Shown here piece after piece: positions 45,535 through 59,383 of a stretch of 64,000 nucleotides of DNA (within the stretch, counting starts at the first letter, position 1; every line of letters starts with the position of its first letter). The stretch lies in the NCBI GenBank assembly GCA_031459615.1, contig JAVKIE010000004.1, positions 76,955-140,954 on the forward strand, written 5' to 3'. Below the pieces are notes generated by a model. That model saw only the letters and a program-made list of their open reading frames with translations, did not search any database and was not told the DNA's origin. The position numbers were made by a program, and so were the translations under genes. The stretch is from Candidatus Calidihabitans tengchongensis. GTDB taxonomy: Bacteria > Sysuimicrobiota > Sysuimicrobiia > Sysuimicrobiales > Kaftiobacteriaceae.

Positions 45535-45640
45535 TTCCGGGATCAGGGATCCGGGATCAGTACCTGACATCTGATCCCTGATCACGATCCCGGATCTCGG
45601 CACCACTACCTGATCCCCGGACCTCGGATCCCGGATCCGA
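45535..45640. repeat. GATC-rich low-GC palindromic repeat, copy B (compound hairpins)
   Basis: ccGGGATCAGGGATCCGGGATCAG...CTGATCCCTGATCacGATCCCGGATCtcg...cctCGGATCCCGGATCCGAGg. Multiple inverted repeats. Lies between the zinc-ribbon gene and the convergent small ORF. Confidence 0.5.
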
Positions 45641-45652
45641 GGTCGTCCTCGT

Positions 45653-45856
45653 TCAGTGTCCCTGGTCTTCGGGCGAAGGGCGGTGGAGGGTTTCCCAGCG
45701 GTCCCGGTCCAAGACGATCAGCCGGCCCTCGTCGTCAAAGAGGATGTACAGCCACCCCTCCTGCAGGTCTTCTTCGTAGTACAGGGGCTTTGCGATCTCC
45801 AGGCCCGTCATGGTCCGCGCCTCGTCGGTGGCCATCCACCCCGGGTATTCCACCAT
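45653..45856 (-). CDS. Small hypothetical protein (67 aa)
   Basis: MVEYPGWMATDEARTMTGLEIAKPLYYEEDLQEGWLYILFDDEGRLIVLDRDRWETLHRPSPEDQGH has protein-like composition and lower GC than flanks. The stop abuts the GATC-rich repeat. Confidence 0.45.
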   Translation of the reverse strand: MVEYPGWMATDEARTMTGLEIAKPLYYEEDLQEGWLYILFDDEGRLIVLDRDRWETLHRPSPEDQGH

Positions 45857-45951
45857 GATTAGTGTCCGCTAATTCGCGCTCGGAATGCAACCCCCTGCCG
45901 CCAGCTACGCCGGTGTTTGCGGGGTGGAGGACCGCTGCAGTGGTCCGACTC

Positions 45952-46030
45952 TGGGGTGACCGAGGGGACTTGAACCCCCGACCTCCTGGGCCACAGCCAG
46001 GCGCTCTGACCGGGCTGAGCTACGGTCACC
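45952..46030 (-). tRNA. tRNA-His (anticodon GTG) with encoded G-1 and CCA
   Basis: Reverse complement: G-GTGACCG-TA-GCTC-AGCCCGGTCA-GAGC-G-CCTGG-CTGTGGC-CCAGG-AGGTC-GGGGG-TTCAAGT-CCCCT-CGGTCAC-C-CCA. The extra 5' G is typical of tRNA-His. Confidence 0.8.
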
Positions 46031-46148
46031 GCACACCTGCATTCTAGCACAGCCGCCCCCCGCGGAGCCGTGCGGGACTCCGGCGGCCCCGTGACGCGCC
46101 CGTTACCTCTCCGGCGCACCGTCGGGAGGGGAGAATTCCTCCCGGGAG

Positions 46149-46640
46149 GTGAGTCAGGTGTTCAACAGATGGTCCATGCTCGCGCTGCTGGCCTCTGCCG
46201 CCCTGGTGATCTGGGCCGGGACGGCAGCCGTCGCCCAGTACGGCGGAGGCGGCTATGGCTACGAGCAGGCGCCCGCGGGCCTGACCAGCCAGGTGAAGAC
46301 GGCCCAGGCCCACGCCACCAACTCGGCGCGCTCGGAGGCGCTGCGGGACGCCCGGTGGCACCTCAGCCACGTGGTCAACTGCCTGGAGGGGCCCCGCGGC
46401 AAGAACTACGATGCCCAGGCCGGCAACCCGTGCCAGGGCCAGGGCAACGGGATCCTCCCGGACCTGGATGCGGCTGTCCGCGCCTACCAGATGGGCGCCA
46501 GTACCGCCCTGGATGCGGCCCGCCGGGCCGACGAACTGGCGGTGGAGACCCTGAAGTCCAACGACCTGGGTCAGGTCAAGACCGGCGCCGGCCGCGTGGC
46601 GGACCTGCTGGGCCAGGCTCTCAAGGCGCTGGGCCAGTAG
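46149..46640 (+). CDS. Secreted hypothetical protein
   Basis: RBS GGAGGTGA. Signal peptide MLALLASAALVIWAGTAAVAQ. 163 aa. Followed by a GC-rich hairpin at 46668-46710. Confidence 0.55.
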   Translation: MSQVFNRWSMLALLASAALVIWAGTAAVAQYGGGGYGYEQAPAGLTSQVKTAQAHATNSARSEALRDARWHLSHVVNCLEGPRGKNYDAQAGNPCQGQGNGILPDLDAAVRAYQMGASTALDAARRADELAVETLKSNDLGQVKTGAGRVADLLGQALKALGQ

Positions 46641-46667
46641 CTGGCAGGACTGAACACCGGGTGCTGA

Positions 46668-46710
46668 CGGCGGCGGGCGGGGAGAGCTCCGACTCCGGCG
46701 CCCGCCGCCA
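46668..46710 (+). terminator. GC-rich hairpin, probable intrinsic terminator after the 46149..46640 gene
   Basis: GGCGGCGGGCG-gggagagctccgactccgg-CGCCCGCCGCC, an 11-bp perfect stem. No U-tract, which is common at this GC content. Confidence 0.4.
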
Positions 46711-46722
46711 CCACCGCGGGGG

Positions 46723-46751
46723 TTGACACGCCTGCGCGGTCCTGCTACATT
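46723..46751 (+). promoter_or_regulatory. Sigma-A-type promoter of the ilv-leu operon
   Basis: TTGACA at 46723-46728, a 17-nt spacer, then TACATT at 46746-46751. About 450 nt upstream of ilvB, as expected for a T-box leader. Confidence 0.55.
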
Positions 46752-46759
46752 TGCGGGCA

Positions 46760-47200
46760 AAAGCCCGATCTGCATGAGGAAGTGCGCCTAGGGTTCCACG
46801 GTCCCACAAGGGCCGGTCGGTCCAAGCGGCGCAGGCAGCCGGTCAGGCTGTTACACCGTCAGGACAAAAGCCTGAGGGGTAGGTTCCTCACAGGATCTAT
46901 CGCCCAGGCTTTTGTCTATCGTCTGATCGTCGCGGGCGAGGAGGAGAAGCAGTAGGCGGATCGAGGACGCGCCCAGAGAGCCGGACCAGGTGAAAGCCGG
47001 CCGCGTCGCGCCGCCGAACTCGTCTCCGAGCCGCAGCGCCCACGCCCCGGGGGCCGCAGGCGCTGCCGGGTTCCCACCGATACCGGGTTGAGAGCCCCGA
47101 CGGGCGGCCCGCTCATGCGGGCAGGACCGCGCGGCGGGGAACTAAGGTGGTACCGCGGGATCACCCGCCCTTAGGGTGGTCCCGCGGCGTGTTTTCTGAC
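46760..47200 (+). ncRNA. T-box riboswitch leader of the ilvB operon
   Basis: Conserved T-box sequence AACTAAGGTGGTACCGCGGG at 47140-47159 (consensus AAUUAGGGUGGUACCGCGG). Followed by terminator hairpin CCGCGGGATCACCC / GGGTGGTCCCGCGG and GTTTTCT at 47190-47196. An AGAGA motif lies upstream. Exact 5' end not determined. Confidence 0.7.
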
Positions 47201-47207
47201 GACCGAG

Positions 47208-48930
<1,723 letters not shown>

Positions 48931-48938
<8 letters not shown>

Positions 48939-49431
48939 GGGAACCCACGCGGCCACCATCTCGGTCCTGGTCCAGAACGCCCCGGGGGTGCTGGTCCGGG
49001 TGGCCGGGCTGATCCGCCGGCGGGGGGTGAACATCCACAGCCTGTCGGTGGGGCCCACCGAGGACCCGTCCGTGTCCCGGATGACCATCGTGGTGGACAC
49101 GGCCCCCGACCGCACCGAGCAGTTCGCCAAGCAGCTGCGCAAGCTGGTGGAGGTGCTGCGGGCCACCGCCATCGACGGGCTGCCGACGGTGGACCGGGAG
49201 CTGGCGCTGGTCAAGGTCAACGTGACCCCTGGCACGCGGCTGGAGATCATGGAGATCGCCAACGTGTTCCGGGCCAGCGTGGTGGACCTGACCGACCGCA
49301 CCATGACCCTGGAGGTCACCGGCCGGGGCGAGAAGGTGGACGCCTTCATCGAGCTGCTGAAAAAGTACGGGATCCGCGAGATGGCCCGCACCGGCCAGGT
49401 CACCCTGGTGCGGGGAGCGCAGGCAACCTGA
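48931..49431 (+). CDS. ilvN: Acetolactate synthase small (regulatory) subunit
   Basis: ACT domain start [36 protein letters not shown]. 166 aa. 8-nt overlap with ilvB. Confidence 0.9.
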
Positions 49432-49493
49432 CGCGCCGGGGAGGAGGTCCGAGGCCCCCGATCCCGGGCGGGACGCGCAAGGAGGCATGGACG

Positions 49494-50519
49494 ATGGCGA
49501 CCATCTACTACGACCAGGACGCGCCCCTGGACCCGCTGGCGGGCAGGACCGTGGCCGTCGTCGGCTACGGCAGCCAGGGCCACGCCCACGCCCAGAACCT
49601 GCGGGACAGCGGCATCCAGGTGGTGGTGGGGCTGTATCCGGGCGCGCCGTCCTGGGCCCGGGCCACCGCCGACGGTTTCGAGGTGGCGCCCACGGCCGAG
49701 GCGGTGCGCCGGGCGGATGTGGTGGCCATGCTGCTGCCCGACCACGTGCAGCGGCCGACCTACGAGGCGGAGGTGGCCCCGCACCTGGATCCGGGGGACA
49801 CGCTGCTGTTCGCCCACGGCTTCAACATCCACTTTCGACAGATCGTTCCCGCCCCCACCGTGGACGTGGTGATGGTGGCCCCGAAGGCTCCGGGCCACCG
49901 GATGCGGGAGCTGTTCACCGAGGGAGTGGGGGTGCCGGCGCTGCTGGCGGTGCATCAGGACGTGACCGGCCGGGCCCGGGCGACGGCGCTGGCCTACGCC
50001 CGGGCGGTGGGGTGCACCCGCGCCGGGGTCATCGAAACCACCTTCAAGGAGGAGACCGAGACCGACCTGTTCGGGGAGCAGGCGGTGCTGTGCGGGGGGA
50101 TTGCCAGCCTCATCAAGGCCGGGTTCGAGACCCTGGTGGAGGCCGGCTACCAGCCCGAGGTGGCCTACTTCGAGTGCCTCCACGAGATGAAGCTCATCGT
50201 GGACCTCATCTACGAGGGCGGGCTGTCCTACATGCGGTACTCGGTGTCCGACACCGCCGAGTACGGCGACTACAGCCGGGGACACCGGATCATCGACGAG
50301 AAGGTCCGGGCGGAGATGAAGCGGATCCTGCGGGAGGTCCAGGACGGCACGTTCGCCCGGGAGTGGGTCAGCGAAAACAGCGCCGGGCGCCCCAACTTCC
50401 TGGAGCAGCGCCGCCAGGAGGAACGCCATCCCATCGAGGAGGTCGGGCGGCGGCTGCGCGCCATGATGCCCTGGCTGAGCCGCCGCAAGAAGGCAGGCGC
50501 CCCCGCGCCGGCCTCGTGA
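49494..50519 (+). CDS. ilvC: Ketol-acid reductoisomerase (NADP+)
   Basis: [40 protein letters not shown] is a class I KARI. 341 aa. Confidence 0.92.
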   Translation: MATIYYDQDAPLDPLAGRTVAVVGYGSQGHAHAQNLRDSGIQVVVGLYPGAPSWARATADGFEVAPTAEAVRRADVVAMLLPDHVQRPTYEAEVAPHLDPGDTLLFAHGFNIHFRQIVPAPTVDVVMVAPKAPGHRMRELFTEGVGVPALLAVHQDVTGRARATALAYARAVGCTRAGVIETTFKEETETDLFGEQAVLCGGIASLIKAGFETLVEAGYQPEVAYFECLHEMKLIVDLIYEGGLSYMRYSVSDTAEYGDYSRGHRIIDEKVRAEMKRILREVQDGTFAREWVSENSAGRPNFLEQRRQEERHPIEEVGRRLRAMMPWLSRRKKAGAPAPAS

Positions 50520-50533
50520 GGGAGGGACCCGCC

Positions 50534-52081
<1,548 letters not shown>

Positions 52082-52085
52082 GCCG

Positions 52086-53366
52086 ATGGGCATGACCATC
52101 ACCGAGAAGATCCTGGCCGCCCACGTGGGCGCTCCCTCGGTGCGCCCCGGGGACCTCATCGACTGCCCGGTGGACTTCGCGTTTGCCAACGACATCACCG
52201 CGCCCCTGGCCATCCAGGAATTCCAGAAGATGGGCGTGGATCGGGTCTTCGATCCCGACCGGGTGGCCTTCGTCCTCGACCACTACGTGCCCAACAAGGA
52301 CATCGCCTCGGCCCAGCAGTGCAAGGTGACCCGGGAGTTCGTGGCATCCCACGGCCTGCCGCACTTCTTCGACGTGGGCCGCGCGGGGATCGCCCACGTG
52401 CTGCTGGCCGAGCTGGGTTACGTGGTGCCCGGGGATGTGTTCATCGGGGCCGACTCCCACACGTGCAACCACGGGGCGCTGGGAGCCTTCGCCACCGGCG
52501 TGGGGTCGTCGGACCTGGCAGCCGCCCTGGCCCTGGGCCGCCTGTGGCTGCGGGTGCCGGAAACGATCCGCATTGTGTTCCGGGGGCGGCCGCGGCGGTG
52601 GGTGACCGGCAAGGACCTTGTCCTGACCGTCATCGGCGACATCGGGGTGGACGGCGCCCGGTACGCCGCCCTCGAGTTTGCCGGGGACACCCTGGCGCAC
52701 CTGACCATGGACGAGCGGTTCTCCGTGACCAACATGGCGGTCGAGGCCGGCGCCAAAAACGGCATCATGGAGCCCGACGAGACGACCCTGGCGTGGGTGC
52801 GCCCCCGCGCCCGCCGGCCGTTCACCGTCTATCGCAGCGACCCGGACGCCGCCTACGCCGACGTGCGGGAGTACGACGCCGCCGCCCTGGACCCGGTGGT
52901 GGCGGCTCCCTCCTCGCCGGGCAACGTGGTCTCGGTGCGGGAGGCGGCCGGGGTGCGGGTGGACCAGTGCTTCATCGGAACCTGCACCAACGGCCGCCTC
53001 GAGGACCTGCGGGTCGCCGCCCGCATCCTGGCCGGCCGCCGGGTACACCCCTCCACCCGCCTGCTGGTCATCCCCGCCACTCCGGCCATCTACCGGCAGG
53101 CCCTGGAGGAGGGGCTGCTGCAGATCTTCCTGGACGCGGGGGCGGCGGTCAGCACCTCCACCTGCGGGCCCTGCATCGGCGGCCACATGGGCGTGCTGGC
53201 CGACGGCGAGGTGTGCGTCTCGACCAGCAGCCGCAACTTTGTCGGTCGCATGGGCCACCGGGGCAGCCGCGTGTACCTCAGCAATGCGGCGGTGGCCGCG
53301 GCGGCCGCCGTGGCCGGGCGGCTGGTGCACCCCGATGAGGTGGTCGGGGAGACGGCGGCGGTGTAG
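52086..53366 (+). CDS. leuC: 3-isopropylmalate dehydratase large subunit
   Basis: MTITEKILAAH ... aconitase-family Cys ligands (CNHG ... CGPCIG). 426 aa. Confidence 0.9.
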   Translation: MGMTITEKILAAHVGAPSVRPGDLIDCPVDFAFANDITAPLAIQEFQKMGVDRVFDPDRVAFVLDHYVPNKDIASAQQCKVTREFVASHGLPHFFDVGRAGIAHVLLAELGYVVPGDVFIGADSHTCNHGALGAFATGVGSSDLAAALALGRLWLRVPETIRIVFRGRPRRWVTGKDLVLTVIGDIGVDGARYAALEFAGDTLAHLTMDERFSVTNMAVEAGAKNGIMEPDETTLAWVRPRARRPFTVYRSDPDAAYADVREYDAAALDPVVAAPSSPGNVVSVREAAGVRVDQCFIGTCTNGRLEDLRVAARILAGRRVHPSTRLLVIPATPAIYRQALEEGLLQIFLDAGAAVSTSTCGPCIGGHMGVLADGEVCVSTSSRNFVGRMGHRGSRVYLSNAAVAAAAAVAGRLVHPDEVVGETAAV

Positions 53367-53378
53367 GGGGGAGACGCC

Positions 53379-53882
53379 ATGGCGCTGCGCGGACGGGCCC
53401 ACGTCGTGGGCGACCACGTGGACACCGACATCATCATCCCGGCCCGCTACCTGGTCACCACCGATCCGGCCGAGCTGGCCCGGTACGTCTTTGAAGACCT
53501 GGATCCCGCCCTGCGGTCCCGCATCGCTCCGGGCGACGTGCTGGTGGCCGGCGAGAACTTCGGCCAGGGGAGTTCCCGGGAGCATGCCCCCCTGGCCATC
53601 AAGGGGGCGGGCATCAGCTGCATCGTGGCGGCGTCGTTCGCCCGGATCTTCTACCGGAACGCCTTCAACGTCGGGCTGCCGGTGGTGGAGTGCCGCGAAG
53701 CCCGCGGCCGCGTGGCTGACGGCGACGAGCTGGAGGTGGACCTGTCTGCGGGCACGATTCGCAACCTCACCCGGCAGGAGACCTACACCGGCACGCCCGT
53801 GCCGGAGTTCATGCAGCGCCTGCTGGCCGCCGGGGGCCTGGTCGGGTACGTCCGGGCCGAGCTGGCGCGACGCAGGGCGTAG
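53379..53882 (+). CDS. leuD: 3-isopropylmalate dehydratase small subunit
   Basis: VVGDHVDTDIIIPARYL ... GENFGQGSSREHAP. 167 aa. Confidence 0.9.
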   Translation: MALRGRAHVVGDHVDTDIIIPARYLVTTDPAELARYVFEDLDPALRSRIAPGDVLVAGENFGQGSSREHAPLAIKGAGISCIVAASFARIFYRNAFNVGLPVVECREARGRVADGDELEVDLSAGTIRNLTRQETYTGTPVPEFMQRLLAAGGLVGYVRAELARRRA

Positions 53883-53894
53883 GGGAGGACGCCG

Positions 53895-54052
53895 ATGGGA
53901 GACCTGTCCGCGGGCGCCGAGCGCCTGGAATCGTTGCTGCGGACGCTGGCCGAGACGCTGGCGCGCGACCTGGGGCGCGAGCCCACAGATCCGGCGGAGC
54001 TGCGCTGGGTGATCGAGCGCATCCAGGACACCTTCGACACCCGTGCCGGCTG
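53895..54052 (+). CDS. Small hypothetical ORF (52 aa) between leuD and leuB, not in the supplied ORF track
   Basis: AGGGGAGGA RBS sits 5 nt upstream of the ATG at 53895. Product MGDLSAGAERLESLLRTLAETLARDLGREPTDPAELRWVIERIQDTFDTRAG is predicted helical. Its TGA (54050-54052) overlaps the leuB GTG start (54043). Confidence 0.4.
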
Positions 54053-55119
54053 AGCTCCGGGTGGCCCTCCTGCCCGGGGACGGCATCGGGCCGGAGGTGA
54101 TCCGGCACGCGGTCGCCGTCCTGGAAGCCGCCGGGCGGCGGTTCGGCATCCGGATGGTGTTCAGCGAAGCCGCCGTAGGAGGAGCCGCCCTCGACACGGC
54201 CGGCGTGCCCCTGCCCGAGCGGACCCTGGAGATCTGCCGGGCCAGCGACGCGGTCCTGCTGGGAGCCGTCGGCGGCCCCCGGTGGGATCACCTCCCCGGG
54301 CCGGCGCGGCCGGAGGCCGGGCTGTTGCAGCTCCGCCGCGCCCTGGGGGTCTACGCCAACCTGCGCCCCGTGCGGGTGACGCCCGCCCTGGTGGAGGCCT
54401 CCCCCCTGCGCCCCGAGGTGGTGGCCGGGACGGACCTGGTGATCGTGCGGGAGCTGACCGGGGGGCTGTACTTCGGCCAGCCCCGCGGCCGGACCGCCGA
54501 CGGAGCCGTGGACACGATGCGGTACTCCGCCCCCGAGGTGGCCCGGGTGGCACGGGTGGCGATGGCCCTGGCCCGCGCCCGGCGCCGGAAGGTCACCTCG
54601 GTGGACAAGGCCAACGTCCTGGAGACCTCCCGTCTGTGGCGGGAGGTGGTCTCCGCCGAGGCGGCGAAGGCGCCCGACGTGCGGGTGGAACACATGCTGG
54701 TGGACACCTGCGCCCTGCAGCTGGTGCGGGCGCCGGCCCAGTTCGACGTCGTCGTCACCGAGAACATGTTCGGCGACATCCTCAGCGACGCCGCGGGCGC
54801 CGTGGCCGGATCGCTGGGGTTGCTGCCCTCGGCGAGCCTGGGGGATCATCCCCCCTCGCTGTACGAACCCGTCCACGGATCCGCCCCCGATCTGGCCGGC
54901 AGAGGGGTGGCCAACCCGGTGGGGGCCATCCTCAGCGCCGCGCTGCTGCTGCGCCACGCCGCCGGGCACGCGGGGGCCGCCCGGGCCGTGGAGGAGGCGG
55001 TGGACCGGGTGCTGGCCGCGGGCGTGCGGACGCCCGACCTGGGCGGGACGGCCTCCACCGCGGAGGTGGGCGCGGCCGTGGTCGAGGCAGTGGGAGCGGA
55101 CGAGGAGGTGAGGCGATGA
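54043..55119 (+). CDS. leuB: 3-isopropylmalate dehydrogenase
   Basis: VALLPGDGIGPEV ... NLFGDILSD isocitrate/IPM dehydrogenase signature. 358 aa. GTG start. Confidence 0.9.
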   Translation: MPAELRVALLPGDGIGPEVIRHAVAVLEAAGRRFGIRMVFSEAAVGGAALDTAGVPLPERTLEICRASDAVLLGAVGGPRWDHLPGPARPEAGLLQLRRALGVYANLRPVRVTPALVEASPLRPEVVAGTDLVIVRELTGGLYFGQPRGRTADGAVDTMRYSAPEVARVARVAMALARARRRKVTSVDKANVLETSRLWREVVSAEAAKAPDVRVEHMLVDTCALQLVRAPAQFDVVVTENMFGDILSDAAGAVAGSLGLLPSASLGDHPPSLYEPVHGSAPDLAGRGVANPVGAILSAALLLRHAAGHAGAARAVEEAVDRVLAAGVRTPDLGGTASTAEVGAAVVEAVGADEEVRR

Positions 55120-56789
55120 GCGCGCCGCTGCGCGCCCGCAGCGCGCCGATGCTGGATGGCCCGGACCGGGCGCCGGCCCGGGCCTACATGTACGCCCTGG
55201 GGTGGACCGAGGAGGACCTGCGCAAGCCCCTGGTGGGCATCGCCAATACCTGGATCGAGATGATGCCCTGCAACGTCCACCTGCGCCGGCTCGCGGACGC
55301 GGTCCGCGCCGGGGTGCGGGCCGCGGGGGGGACTCCGGTAGAGTTCAACACCATCGCCATCTCCGACGGCATCTCCATGGGGACGGAGGGCATGCGCACC
55401 TCCCTGGTCAGCCGCGAGGTGATCGCCGACTCCATCGAGCTGGTGGCCCGGGGCTACTCGCTGGACGCCCTGGTGGCGATTTCCGGATGCGACAAGACCA
55501 TCCCCGGCACCGTGATGGCCCTGGCCCGGCTGGATCTTCCCGCGGTCATGATTTACGGCGGCTCGATCCTGCCGGGCGAGGTGGACGGGCGGGCGGTGAC
55601 CATCCAGGACGTCTTCGAGGCGGTCGGCGCCTACCACGCCGGCCGGATCACCCTGGAGGAGCTGCGGCGGCTGGAGGCCGCGGCCTGCCCGGGGCCGGGA
55701 GCGTGCGGGGGGCAGTTCACCGCCAACACCATGGCGATGGCGTGCGAGTTCCTGGGGATCTCCCCCCTGGGGGCGAACGAGATTCCCGCGGTCGACGGAG
55801 CCAAGGACGGCGCCGCCGAAGCCGTCGGGCGGCTGGCGATGGACGTCCTCCGGGCGGACCGTCGGCCGCGCCGGATCATCACCCGCCAGGCGCTGGAAAA
55901 CGCCATCACCGCCGTGGCCAGCAGCGGCGGGTCCACCAACGCCGTGCTCCACCTGCTGGCCATCGCCCGCGAGGCGGGGGTGGACCTGAGCCTGGACGAC
56001 TTCGACCGCCTCAGCGCCCGGACGCCTCTGCTGGCCGACCTGCGGCCCGGGGGCCGGTTCAGCGCGCCCGACCTGTACCGCGCGGGCGGGACCCGCCTGC
56101 TGGCCCGGCGGTTGCTGGAGGCCGGGCTGCTGCACGGGGAGGCGCTGACGATCACCGGGAAGACCCTGGGCGAGGAGGCGGCCGCCGCCCGCGAGACCCC
56201 CGGCCAGGAGGTGATCCGCCCGCTGGACCGCCCCCTCAAACCGTGGGGCGGGCTGGCGATCCTGCGGGGCAACCTCGCCCCGGAGGGGTGCGTGGTCAAG
56301 CTGGCGGGAGGGGAACGCCAGCAGCACCGGGGACCGGCCCGGGTGTTCGACGGGGAGGAGGCCGCATTCGCGGCGGTGCGGAGCGGCGAGGTCCGCCCCG
56401 GAGACGTGGTGGTGATCCGCTACGAAGGGCCCGGCGGAGGTCCCGGCATGCGGGAGATGCTACTGGTGACCGCCGCCCTCGTGGGCGCCGGCCTGGGGGA
56501 GTCGGTGGCGCTGGTGACCGACGGCAGGTTCTCAGGAGCCACCCGGGGGCTCATGGTCGGCCACGTGGCCCCCGAGGCCGCCCGGGGAGGGCCCCTGGCC
56601 GCCCTCCGGGACGGCGACGTGATCACCATCGACGTGCCGTCCCGCCGCCTGGACGTGGACCTGTCGGCGGACGAGATCCGCGCGCGCCTGAGCCGCTGGT
56701 CCCCGCCGCCCCCGCGGTACGCCACCGGCGCCCTGGCCAAGTACGCCCGCCTGGTTTCCTCGGCGGCCGAGGGAGCGGTGACGGGCTGA
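55116..56789 (+). CDS. ilvD: Dihydroxy-acid dehydratase
   Basis: ATG overlaps the leuB stop (ATGA). Motifs CDKTIPG and GPGACGG...TANTM are present (IlvD/EDD family signatures). 557 aa. Confidence 0.9.
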   Translation: MSAPLRARSAPMLDGPDRAPARAYMYALGWTEEDLRKPLVGIANTWIEMMPCNVHLRRLADAVRAGVRAAGGTPVEFNTIAISDGISMGTEGMRTSLVSREVIADSIELVARGYSLDALVAISGCDKTIPGTVMALARLDLPAVMIYGGSILPGEVDGRAVTIQDVFEAVGAYHAGRITLEELRRLEAAACPGPGACGGQFTANTMAMACEFLGISPLGANEIPAVDGAKDGAAEAVGRLAMDVLRADRRPRRIITRQALENAITAVASSGGSTNAVLHLLAIAREAGVDLSLDDFDRLSARTPLLADLRPGGRFSAPDLYRAGGTRLLARRLLEAGLLHGEALTITGKTLGEEAAAARETPGQEVIRPLDRPLKPWGGLAILRGNLAPEGCVVKLAGGERQQHRGPARVFDGEEAAFAAVRSGEVRPGDVVVIRYEGPGGGPGMREMLLVTAALVGAGLGESVALVTDGRFSGATRGLMVGHVAPEAARGGPLAALRDGDVITIDVPSRRLDVDLSADEIRARLSRWSPPPPRYATGALAKYARLVSSAAEGAVTG

Positions 56790-56880
56790 CGACGGCACAG
56801 CCGGCGGGCGAGGCCCCCACAACGACCGGGGGCCGCCCGGGCAGCGGCCCCCGGTCGCGTCCGGGTCGCGTTCCCGCGGC

Positions 56881-58558
<1,678 letters not shown>

Positions 58559-58650
58559 CCAACCTTAATATTGGTGGGGGGCGGGCCCGTAAATCAAGGG
58601 GGCACCCGCGCTGGCCGGCGGGCCCGCCCGGCGCCTATACTGGGGGCAGC

Positions 58651-59373
58651 ATGAGGCTTCGGTGGCCGGTCCGGCGCTGGCAGTGGTTTCTCGCGGGATT
58701 CCTGGGGGCGGTGGGCTTTGGCGCCGTCCTGCAACTGCGGGCCGGGCTGGAGATGCGCCGGGCGGTGGAACTGCCCACGGTCCGGGTCCAGGAGCTGGCG
58801 GTCCTGGTCCGCCAGCAGGAAGAGGCGCTGGCGGCCCTGCAGGCCGAAGTGGATACCCTGCGGCGCACGCTGGCCGAGTACGAGGCGGCGGCGGTCGAGG
58901 GGCGCCTGTCGGCGGACACCCTCGCCCGGGAGATCCGGGCCTATGAGATGGTCCTGGGCCTGGTGGCGGTGGAGGGCCCGGGCGTGCGCGTGCGGGTGGA
59001 CGACTCCCGCGCCCGGGGCGGCGTGATTCCCGTCGCGGTGGAGGCGGCCGACCTCAGCGGCCTGGTGAATGAACTGTGGGCGGCCGGCGCCGAGGCCGTG
59101 GCGATCAACGGCCGCCGGATCCTGGCCACCACCGGGTTCCGCCAGGATGCCGGGGGGCTCAGCGCCGGGGTGTTGCGCCTGCGTCCGCCCTACGACATTC
59201 TCGCCATCGGCGACCCGGAAGCGATGCTGGCGGCCCTGAACCTCCGGGGCGGGTTCGTGGACGGCCTGCGGGCGGTGGGGCTGACCGTGGAGGTGGAGAC
59301 CCGGCCCACCATCGTCCTGCCTCCCTACCGGGGTCCCCTGGGATTCCGCTACGCCGTTCCGGCGGCTCCCTGA
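58651..59373 (+). CDS. DUF881 domain protein
   Basis: N-terminal TM, coiled-coil (VRQQEEALAALQAEVDTLRRTLAEYEAAAVEGRL), then the DUF881 core (GPGVRVRVDD...AINGRRI). 240 aa. Confidence 0.65.
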   Translation: MRLRWPVRRWQWFLAGFLGAVGFGAVLQLRAGLEMRRAVELPTVRVQELAVLVRQQEEALAALQAEVDTLRRTLAEYEAAAVEGRLSADTLAREIRAYEMVLGLVAVEGPGVRVRVDDSRARGGVIPVAVEAADLSGLVNELWAAGAEAVAINGRRILATTGFRQDAGGLSAGVLRLRPPYDILAIGDPEAMLAALNLRGGFVDGLRAVGLTVEVETRPTIVLPPYRGPLGFRYAVPAAP

Positions 59374-59383
59374 CCCCGCGCGG

